Shown here piece by piece: positions 39,401 through 51,400 of a stretch of DNA of 64,000 nucleotides. The position numbers and the translations under genes are program-made. The notes beneath the pieces were generated by a model, which saw nothing but the letters and a program-made list of their open reading frames with translations, searched no databases and was not told where the DNA came from. This DNA is from Gnetum montanum (Eukaryota > Plantae > Gnetophyta): positions 2,346 through 66,345 of the forward strand of contig MNCI01000167.1 of NCBI GenBank assembly GCA_015680685.1, read 5' to 3'. Numbering within the stretch: position 1 is the stretch's first letter; every line of letters begins with the position of its first letter.

Positions 39401-42400
39401 CTAAAAATTATTTGCTAAGCAGTAGGATCCCCTTTGCCTAAGAATGGAGGATGCATAGAGAATTCTGGGACAACATTCTGAAAATATGGCTTAAAGACCC
39501 TGAGAAGGCTATTTACGAAGTTGAAAAATATTGGCTAGAGTTAAAAAAAGATTGCATTTTGAAGGATCATGATCTCATAAGGATGGGTGCTTACTGGTAT
39601 GTTGAGTCTATGATTCATTATGTTTGCTTTGGATGAGTGCTGAATCAATAAGAAGAAGATGTCGCTGAAGCATTAAAAAGGTTCTCACTGATAGAAAAAG
39701 ATAAGGAAATATGGGACACATTGAAGCAGGTTCAAGTGAACAAACATGAAAATATTAAAGAAGAATTTAAGAAATTTGTTGAGATAGTCAAGGAATATAA
39801 GATGCATATCAAACCAAAATTAATGCTTCTTGAGCTACTGTCAAGCGCAGCACCCAGAGAACTGGAAGGCACTATTTATAGAATTGAAAATTTGTTGAGA
39901 TAGTCAAGGAATATAAGATGCATATCAAACCAAAATTAATGCTTCTTGAGCTACTGTCAAGCGCAGCACCCAGAGAACTGGAAGGCACTATTTATAGAAT
40001 TGAATAGAAATATCAAGACCAAATTTACGAACTGAAGGACAAATCCTTGAAAGATATAAGACCAATGCAATGCCCTTTGTAGTATCAATCAGGCTTGGAA
40101 TTGATAACAATGCCCCAATTGTGAACATCAATGAAGCAAAGGATAGAATGCATATTACCAAAGTTACTTCCACAGAATTCAAACAGAAATACATAGCCAA
40201 GGAAAGTGAATCTATGGGACGGCTATCTGAAATTGAATGACTGGAGAAGGAGAACAAAGCACTAAAGCTTCAAATGAGTTGGCAAAATCTTGTGCTGCAG
40301 TTACTTGGTCCTGTACTCACAACTGACGTTACAAGTGTAGAAATCGTATACGATATTTAGGATAATTTGCCTCCACAGCTAGATTTAGAAATGACATCAC
40401 CAAAACAGTTAGAACTCTATATTGCTACAAAGAAGACATCATCTCTGCCACTGTTGCCTCAGGAACAACAGCTAGCATCATCAACAACTCTACCAAGTGC
40501 CTTAGTGAAGCAATTGGATGAAACTTTAGAAATTCCCTAGGTTGGACCCTATGATCCGTTTCTCTTAAAAACACATTTGTAGATAGACCGTGATTTAGTA
40601 GTTGTTATACTTAATTTCATCTCATTTGTCATTTCTTTGTCTACAAATGCATGAGTGAAGGGGGAGTTTACTTATGTATATATGATACTTCGTGGCTAGC
40701 CACCATGAGGTTAATTATATGCTCATAATTTTATAACACGTCAAATTCATGACTAAATGCCAAATGAAGTTACAAAACTAATGCTTGAGGGAGAGTGTTG
40801 AATCTAAAAATTAATTAATAATATACAATCATTAGTTTCATAACCAGTTGTGATAAAAGATTGTGATTCGTAAGTCATGGAACATTGTGACTCTTCTGTG
40901 AAATAAAATCATAAGAGTAGTGTTATGAAGTGAAAAAGAGAAGTGTGTGTGAGAAATGTAGACAAGTGAACAAGGAAAAAGAATTTCATGGAACAACAAG
41001 ATAGAAATAAGAGTAGTGAAGAGTGAAAACATGGACACGAATAGTCCATGCAATTATGAACTAAGAAGGTTGTAATGTTTACATGATCATCATAGATCCA
41101 ATGGTTGAAGATGTCATACAAGTATCCTCTTCTAGAGAAGTGAAGTTACCAAGCAGACTCAGAAGTGAGTTGGGATCTAGTTTCCTCAATAGGAAGAGAA
41201 AGTCCATTGTTGAGCCAATTGTAAGCCTGATCCAATTTTCTTAATAGGAAGAATAGGAAGAGGAGGTCAACTTGGGGGCTAAGTTGGACTAAAAGGAGCT
41301 ATGAATTAAAGTAGCAAAGTAGTACATAGAGTATAACAAGTTTTAATTGGCCAAGGCAAACTAACGCTTACTTTGTAAGACCAACAAGTCCAATTTGATT
41401 GACTTGTAACACATACCTTGCATGTTGTAATTATGAATACATTTGCCTACTATTAAACCATTTACGAGAATTGTTAAATAATTAATCATTCAGTTACATT
41501 CCTTACTACAATATTCTTGGGTAATTAGAGTTGTCTTAATGATATAAAACCAAACTCTAACAACCTCAATCAGTCCTTTGTAGGGAAAAATGAAGCAGGG
41601 TCGTGAACCATCCATACAGATTTGAACATGCCTCAGCTTGGGGCAGGGAAATGGAGGAACGTTATGGAAGAAAATCTTGCTTGGTTTCAGCCAAACCACA
41701 GATCATGAGCTGAAACCCATAAACCATATCCCAAACAAAAAAGGACTAGTAGCCTATACCATAGACATGAGCCAAACAAAAGGCACAGACCATTACCCAG
41801 ATAAAATGACCCGGTACTAGTGGTAAGCACACCAGCATGGCAAGCACTCCTGCCATTGTTCTTCTTGACTCAAAATTGAGTTCAAGCCATAAAGGTATGC
41901 CACCTACAATAAAACATTTGAATTGCAATTGGCAGTGATGTGTTACCTGTTCATGCATGGTGCTTTGGATGGACAATGTGCAAATTCCTATTGATCAGTT
42001 GTCATAGGAAAATTACTTGGTTGTTGCTGAGGATGCTGTGCAAGCAAGGCCAGTGAGGGGTTTCCACAGTAGAATCATGCAAGGACTATCTGGCAGAATT
42101 TGAGCAGTGGGGTTAGCGATCTGGGAATGGACAATGTGCAAATTCCTATTGATCAGTTGTCATAGGAAAATTACTTGGTTGTTGCTGAGGATGCTGTGCA
42201 AGCAAGGCCAATGAGGGGTTTCCACAGTAGAATCATGCAAGGACTATCTGGCAGAATTTGAGTAGTGGGGTTAGCGATCTGGGAATCATTGTGGGGTAGA
42301 GAGGTTGAGGTACGGAGTGCTGAAATGTGGATGAGGGTGGGGGTGTGGAGGGTCAGGAAGCTTGAGAGAGGATGTGAAACAAGAGGATATGTGGGAATGG

Positions 42401-45400
42401 GCATAGACGTAACCTGCAGAAAGGGGGTTGGCAGGATAGGGATAGAGAGGATTGACATACTTTTGGTTTAGCTATCAATTTTGTGATCGTTCTTTATGTC
42501 TTAGGTGTTAGAATTTCATGATTTTAAGAGTCATAAGGTTCATGGAATTGCAAATCAACATTTTATGTTCAATGTAGAGTCAAATTTTTGAAAGAAGTAA
42601 TAAACAAAGTTTTCTTTACCATCAAGTTGGGTTTGTTCGAAGTTGGTTCCTACAAGATTAGATGATTTTAATGTAGGAGGTTATTCATGCTCTACGGATT
42701 GCCAAATTCCCTAGATTGTGCCTAAAGCTTGACATCATTAAGGCCTACGATATGCTAAGTTGAGAGGCACTTTCTACTATTATGCAAATGAAAGGGTTTG
42801 AGCCTACATTCATTAGCATGTGTATACACATTCAAGATTCAGCAGCTTTCTCATTTGATATTGGCGGGAGATTATGGAGGTTCTCATCCCTTGGATGGGG
42901 GTTGAGGCAGGGAGACCCACTTTTCCCTTTGCTTTTCATTATCATGATGTATCTCCTTAAATACTATTGTAAGGTGGCGAGGGTGCACGGTCTTGAGACA
43001 GTAGGGGTGGAGTGCTTTTTGGAGCACTATGTTGATGATACCATGTTGCTTTCTCGAGATGGGATTTGCTAGGCGCAGAGGATTAATCAAGCCCTTCAGC
43101 ATCTGGCCTTAGAAATTGGATTGGAGATAAATTGGGGGAAATCTTTGGCCCACTACATCAATGTTGATCCTAGGGTTAGTGGTTGCATATCGTAGATTTT
43201 GGGTATATTGCCTGGCTCCCCTCAAGATTCGTATATGGAGATTCCTCTTTTTGAGTGGAGGATGAAGCCAATATGGAATAAACTAATTTAGAAAATTGAA
43301 ACTTGGGTGGGACATTGGGTTAACTGCTTCTTGATGCGGAAGGGGAGAATTCTTTTGGCTTCGGGGGTGCACTTGGCAATCGTGTGTTTTGTCACTTCTG
43401 TTGTTGCCACCTGACAGGCTATTACTTAGAAAATTAATCAGTTAATTTGAAATTTTGTGTGGTTGGGGGGTAGAGGGGATAGCAGAATGCGTTTCATAAG
43501 TTGGGATACTATTGTGCAACCTCATGAGTCGGGGGGATTAGGCATTTTTAAATTGTTATTGGGGTGGCAATGGTTGGTCACATGACTACTATGGTAGGAA
43601 GAGGGTGCTGCCTAGTGGATTTGAATCATGGCACACATATATCGATGTTGGGAGGTGGGATAGAACGACTTGAATTATGGTGGACACTTTGCGCACATGC
43701 ACAGTTAGTGATGGCATGGGGTTTGATGGGGGAGTCTTTGCGGTAGGTTATATAGGCACTTTACCTATTGGTGGAAGGATGGAAATGCATTTGGCGGGGC
43801 TAGCTATTGGAGAAGATTGAGGTCTTTCTTTGGCTTATTGAGCATAATGCACTCCTAGTACATGCATTATTAAAATGACGGGGGTTACACATTAATGATG
43901 ATTGCCCCTTATGCACTGGTAGCCTTGAGATGGTAATCCATTTCGTTTTTGAATGCCCGTACATGCAGGACATGTGGCAAGTTGCAGGTTTGCATGGGTT
44001 GGCGTAGTTGATGGGGGACTCCAAAGTAGTGCTTATTTTATGGGAGGCTTGGAAAATTTGGAATCGCACCATTTTCAGATTGTAGCATATTTTGGCACCT
44101 GAGCAGATTATCGACAATGCTAAGCATGCGTGGCAGGGACTAATCATAGCTATGGGGGTAACGTCGACCTTCGAGGCAGCCTACGTGGCGTATCACGCGA
44201 ATAAGGAACTTTGGAATCTGGTCGTGCGTAGTAGTTGGGCTGAGATTTTATTGTAGTTGGAAGGGGACCTAGTGTTGGCCAATGATGCTTTCTTTTCAAA
44301 CTAGAGTGGGGACACTACTGAGTTCCAGGGAACTAGGATCATGCTCATAGAGGTAGCATTGGCACTTTACCTAGGGACTGCAACCATGGACGAAATAATT
44401 TTACTAATGGCGCGTGGATTGCATGATGTGCATTTGTTCTTCTATGGGGTTGTGCCACGTACCAAGAGCAAGCAGGTGCCAAAATCTGCCTTGTTGTTGA
44501 TGTGGCGACAAGTTGTTGAGTTGGTCGATAGGTTTTTTGTTCATTCTGGAAATACCTCCAAATTGTAGAGTACGTACTTTGCTTTTTTGAAGTGCACGTG
44601 TCTTGAACAAAGGGTTAACCTTCCTAAGTTTTTTCTAGAAGTGCTGCATCAACAGCACAGAGGTCATCACTTTGGGCTAATCTTTGTGATTTGGTGGGTG
44701 GCATCTATAGGGTAGTTGCAGGGACAAGCTTTTGAGGTTCCGCAGTTGGTGCTTATTGCATCGTGTAAGGTAGTGTACTCATGATGGTAGACAACATAGA
44801 GGGGATAGGGTTCTTAGGTGCTTGGCATGGTAGTAAGGTTTTCGTTGATCTTGAGGGTCTAGATTTGTTGGGCGGAGCTGATTTAGGTTGTGGAGGAGGC
44901 GGTGGCCAAAGCTTGGGTAGAGGAGCGGTAGGCTTGGGAAGCTAGATGGGAAGAGGCTCTCCAACATGCATAGGCCTAGATGGAGGCCCAGTTCCAAGAA
45001 AAGGAAAAGGAGTTGCTTAGGCAAAATGCTTTGCATGTGGAGAGCTCATAGGTGGCAATGTTGGATGAGCTCCAGAACCAGATAAGGGCAGAAATGCAAC
45101 ACAAGAAGGAGGAGCATCAGGAGTGAGAGTGGGCTACAAGGAAGCGGTGTAGCTTAGTCAACAGGTGGACAGGGCACATGCCCGAAATGCGTGGACGTGG
45201 TTTAGGGTAGGCTGATGCCCTTATTTGGTGATGGACATCCATTGCGAAACCCCTTGGTCCATGCTCCGTCGACATATTCGCAGAACTTCCTCTTGGCTAC
45301 TTCTGAATGGATGAGGTTTGCTGCTGAGAATATGAGGAAGGAGGCTGCCATTAAGGAGTTTTAGGAGGCTGCAACCTTCGTTGACTCCACCGGGACACGT

Positions 45401-48400
45401 TGAATGCTATTCACGATCAGGAAACTCCTGACTGTATGTGCTAGAATCTTTCTAAACGTTTGTAGTTGTTTTGGCCATCTTGGGACCTCGACGGTCCCTT
45501 GTTGTTTTCTATTTTCTGTTTTGGTCCTTTTCAGGAGGGGGCTTGATAAAGGTGAGGAGGGGTGATTCATAACACCTTGGTTTTGAAGCTTGAGTGGTTT
45601 TGGGGGGAGGGGAATTGTCCATGGATTCCCAGAGGAGGCCAGGGTTCTAGCATGCTTTTGTTTTGTTTTAATGTTGTTTGTGTTGGCTTGGTTGCTTTTG
45701 GTGGGGGGCTGTGGGGGTTGTCCCCTGCCCCTGCTACGCTGAAAATCACCCTTGTACAAATTTACTTTTCCGTAATACATTCCCAAACATTTTCTCAAAA
45801 AAAAAAAAAGAAAAAAAAGTTTGCTTTAAATCATTTTGGGTGATATACACCTTGTAGTTTTCATGATTGTTCATCAACTTATTTTGTATGAGACATCAAA
45901 TTCTATGATAAGCTGGAATTTTTATAGATCATATACAGACAATTTTTTAATTCATCGTGAGTTATAATATACAGTTCTTCACTCTCGTTGAATGTTATTT
46001 GGATATGAATTTTTTGACACTTTATATCATTCATTAAACTATCGCGACTCTTGGTAATCACTTCATAATTAATATAACAACCACTTGTTATATGTATCAC
46101 CTTGGGTATTGATAACACCACCATGGTGACAACACCATACATGGTGATAATGATGATTGTTAGAGCACAACAGTGGAATAAGGTTCCTTTAAGCTTCTGG
46201 CCATTTAAATCTTGACTCCAAATTTGGCCTCTAGAGTTGACCATGAGTCAACATTGAGTAATTGCTGTTGATTGTGGTATTTTTTTTCTTGACTAGGAGT
46301 TGTAATTGGCTCATGGTGAGCCACCACGGGTTATGGTGTGGTCATGGTGAAGCAGATCCTAGGTTGTGGTCTGATCGTGGTCTTGCAAAATATAGAAAAA
46401 ATTATAATTGAGTAAACCATAAGCTGACCATGTGGTACTTTAAACTACTTTTCCACAGGTCCACCACATGTTGTGGTGGCTTTCGATGATTTGACCACAA
46501 GGAGACCACAGGTTGTGGTCTCTGAAATTTTGCAAAAGTGAAGACCATGAGTTGTGGTGAGGTTGTGGTTTGTTAGAAAACAGATAATAGGTGAACTGGT
46601 CACTTACAACTTTGAGTACGCAAATTAGACCAAATCCATGTTGCTTAGCCTCTCAACAAACACATGAGGCACCAAACGTACAAATAACAGTAAATCTTGA
46701 GAGTGATTTCTTAATTGTGCCACAATCACAAAAGCATGAAAAACATGCAAAACCTCTTGAATCTCCTTCAGTTGACACATACACTGTGAAAGGACTGAGA
46801 CACACATGGGAAACCTTCTTCTCAAGCTTCTAAGGCTTGGACAAAGCTCATACAGGACAAAGCTCATACAGCACACCGAATGAAATTAGAACATGCACTT
46901 GAAAGGATGGGTGTTAATCTTTCCTTGAATGATGAACTCAAACATGAAAAGTAGAGAGAATGAACTTGAATTAGATGCTGAGTAGTGATCCTCTTCAAAT
47001 ATGAACATTAATCTACCTTATACTCTTCATTTCTGTCAACATAGACATGAGAAAACATCCAATTAACTTCAGAAATTGTGAGAACTACAAATATGAGAGA
47101 ATTATGCAAGAAACATTTGAGAATGCATGTAAATAAGATAATTCGTGAGAGATGAACGTGAGAGAACTTGAGAGAAGAATTCATGGAAGTGTGAGAACCA
47201 TAATGCAAGAATGCAATAAAAGAAAGAAAAGGGGGATTGAAGCTAGGAAAGCTTCAACTGAAACACACAATGTGCACACATACAAAATGAAGGGAGAGCT
47301 TCTTTTATTCAACTTCAATATGAGCTTGGCAAGTTAAAATGGGATTACACCCCTATTTATACTTTTTTCTTGAGAAACTTGCCCCATTTGGCATGGCCCC
47401 AACATGAAGGCTCTTGGCCCCTTTATGCCATTTTCAAACATTTCTCTCAACCTAACCTTCTTTTCTTGGTCTGCAAACTAAACAACACTATTTATACCTT
47501 CTATGCTTCCAAACAACCTCTTCAAACATAAAGCAAAGACTATCACCTACCACTACATTACTCAACATGAAATGAAATGATCATGGAAGAGTAAAGCAGA
47601 CCACATGTTGAGGACATCACCTAGCCCATGTGTCAGTTCTCATCCATGATGTGTGTTTCATGTTTGTTTGTAGTGTCTCTATGTGTTTTGGCATGATTGG
47701 GGGTGTTTTGAGCCTAATTTGAGGAGTTTAGGGGGTTTTGGGGTCAATGGGGGCTTGTTTGAAGGTGTTCAGGTGTTTTAGACCTCCAAAAAAGCATATT
47801 TATTTTTAAGCTTGGCAGAATAGACGTCTCCTTTGGAGGATGGACGTCTACCCACAAGGCCAGATGTCTCTTGCATTGACCAACAGCTTTGGAAAGACAT
47901 TTATATCATTTGCAAGACATATACTCTTGGTGTAAGACATATTCTTTTGGTGCAAGATGTCTCTTTGTAGGTAGTCTCAATTCAGGAAAGACATCTTCTC
48001 TACCCCCAAGACATCTTCTTTGATGGGAACAATAGTTATAATTTTGCATTTGGGCATCAAACAACTCTAAAAGTTATAAATAGGCATCAAGTGTAACAAT
48101 GTTGCCCCGACGTTGCCGGGCANATACGCCTCCAAGCAAGCAAGCAACTCACGAGTGAGTGCAAATAGAAGCATAGCTTCTTAACATACACGACTACACA
48201 CCTCATGGAGGGAAACCAACTCCAAAACAAGGACCATACAAACAAGCACACACACACAACCTTGTAGACAACACCGGTGAGAGGGGAGACGATGCACCTA
48301 CAAGGGAAGGTGCCTCACCCCCAGATCACTCACGATCTGGTACAAGGTGTGGCCTGGCACCGCACCAAAACTATCCAGTCTTGGCTGCCTACATATCTGC

Positions 48401-51400
48401 GACCGTCGTAGAATTAGGCCCATGTAGTTCTCCACGGAGAAGAGGGAAGGAAGAGGATTTAGAGAAGAGAGTTGCAATAGGAGGGTGTCCTATTGCTAGC
48501 TTGGTACCACCAAGCCAGGGTGGGTTTTGTAACACTTGAGAGCCACCCGAGGGCGCCTCAGAGTGTTTCATGGCCCCCGAACCATGGGGAGAGCCCAAGA
48601 GAACCACCACTTGGGACATCTCTCACATCAAGGCATTTGGAAGAGAGAGTTTTGTGGAGAGGAGGGAGAGGTCCAAGAGAGAGGTGAGGAGAAAGTGATA
48701 TTGAGCTCATCTTGAGCTTTTGTTCTTGTAAAGCTTAACCATTGTGTGTGTGAGTGTGATTATATGGGATCTTGAGCCCTTGTTTGTTAGCAGGCATGTT
48801 GCTTCTAGCAATTTTGTATTTCTGTTCTATTGCAACACAAGAATAAAGTGTGGTGTTCTTTCTTGTTCCCATTTTATGAGCATTTTTGTAGGATTTGGCT
48901 TCAATTTTGGATTGGATGAGGCCAACTCCTCATCATGACACATTCACACTATTTCTGACAACGTTAAGCTTGCTATAAACATACCAAACCTTAACATCAA
49001 GGTAAACACTTCAGGATTGATCCTCTAGTTGGAAGGTAAACTTGGTAAAACTGCACAATTGAATTAGAAAGATAAATAGATAAAAAAAAGGACCACAAAA
49101 TAGAGTTGTTTTATTGGTATAGCAAAGAAATGCAAGACATCTTTCAACTTCAGCTAAGACCACCCAACATTTTCTTTTATCTAATCATCATTGTGGCCTT
49201 GTTTGAACATAACAATGTCTTATGTATAATTTGAATTAGTAACCTCTTGTTTAATAAGATAATGAGCTAACCACTTGAACCACCTATCACTAACAATGGT
49301 GTTAATTACATAAGTTCTTTTTTACCATTTGCTTTTATGAAGAACTACATCTTTATTTATATGTGATTTCTTGAGATTATCTTCAATCATTTTTTCCCAT
49401 GTCTTTTTTGGTTTTTCTTTCAGTGGCTTTTCTAGAACAGTGATGTAGTAGCATTTTCTTATGAGCTAGTTATCTGATCTTCTTTGCACATGTCCAAACA
49501 ATCTAAGATACCATACCTGTAACTTATCTAAAATAGAAGCCACTTCAAGCCTTCCTCTAATGTTTGTATTATGTAGTTTATCTCTTTTGATAATATTCAG
49601 CATCCATCTAAGCATTCATGTTTCTGCTGTATTGATTTGTTGTTCATGTCTCTTTTGTATTGCCCAACATTCAACACCATATAAGATAGTAGGCCTGATT
49701 GCTATTTTGTTAAATTTTCCTTTTAATTTTATTGATATTCTTTTATCACATAGAACACCACTAGTTTGTCTCCATTTTGACGATCTTGCCTCAATTGTAT
49801 TTCTTATATCTTCATTAGTTTCACCATTTGATTGGAGCATTGATCCTAATTAGTGGAACTGTTTGCAGTCATGGACTTTTTGGCCTTGAATTGTTACTTC
49901 TATTTTACCACTGTTTATGTTATTATTGAAATTTCATTCCATATATTTTGTCTTCTACTAATTTTTAAACTTTTTGATTTTAGAGCATATCTCCGATTCT
50001 CAATTTTAGAAGCAATATTTTTTGGAGCTGTAACCACCAATACAATTTTATCTATAAATATCATACACCAATGGATTTCATCTTGTGTTTCCTTTGTTAA
50101 TTCATGCATAATAATGGCAAATAAGTACGGCCCAAGTGCAGACATTTGATGTAGACCAACTATTATTGAAAAATCAGATGTGGTTCAACAAATTGGTCTG
50201 ATTTTAGTGGTTGCTCCTTCATACATATCTTGAATCACTCTAATATATCTATCAAGGATGTTTGTCCTTTGCAGGGTCTACCAAATATATCTAGGCACTC
50301 TGTCATATATTTTTTCGAAGTCAATGAAGATCATCTGTAAATTTTCTCTATGTTTTTGAATTTCTCTATTAATTGTTGTATCAAGAAAATAGCCTCTATT
50401 GTAGATCTCCCTGGCATAAATACAACTTGATTTTCAAATACTTGTTGATTCAAGTTTGAGACACTGTTTTATAACTCTCTATCAAAGCTTCATAGTATGT
50501 CACATTAGCTTGATCCTTCTATAATTTGCGTAATGTTATACATCCCCTTTATTTTTGTAGCTGAGAACAACAATGCTTTTTTCCCAATTGTTGGGCATTT
50601 TGCCAATTTTCAAAATTTTGTTAGATAATTGTGTCAGCAGTGAAACTCCTGTATTTCCTAGTACTTTGTAGGCGTCTAAGAATGTGAGAGAGATGACACC
50701 AATCCCTTGAAATAAGACACAACAATTTACCAAAACTGAGAGCTGTTTATCCCAATATAGCTGCCTTGGTGAAAGCTTTCATTAGGATAAAAACCCTCAA
50801 TGTGTGTAAACCTTTTTTTACCTTGACAGTACATAATAATTTTATAACATATCCCGCTAATTACATGTTACGAAAATAATTTGAACCCAACTGAAGACTT
50901 AATTATAAACCAAGTAAAATAAAGGTTTTCGTGTGTCTGTCTAACAGTAACAAGCTAAAGTTCATTAATCAGTTTAAGTTTTGGTTTCATATTAGATTAT
51001 ATATTCATAAAAATGTGGTAATATTTTTATTTAAAACTTAAGTCTTTCTTTGATTTTTATATATGCTATTAGACTATATAGCAATGGCCATCAATTGGAA
51101 TGATGGTTAGGTGCTTGTTTCTTTGCTCATAAGGCTTCGTTTCAAGCTTAGCCATAGCCACTTGAGGAGTTGTTAGGCTTTTGTTCATCTACTGGTCCTC
51201 CTGGATCCTGCTTGGTGGGTGGGGTGAGTATTGAGCCTCTGATATTATATTGTATAGCATATTAAATATTCCTTTGGATAACATAAGATTATGAGTGATA
51301 TGAGAACATTCACAGCTTAGACAAACATGAATGGAAGCTCTAAATCAAAATCAAACTGTCATGGATTGTTGAACTTTTGGAAATTTATTGTTTAGGAAAG

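Noticed and set aside
41563-41970. Possible fourth J-domain LINE tail
   Set aside because: Composition resembles a minus-strand LINE 3' UTR, but I could not read any J-like motif.
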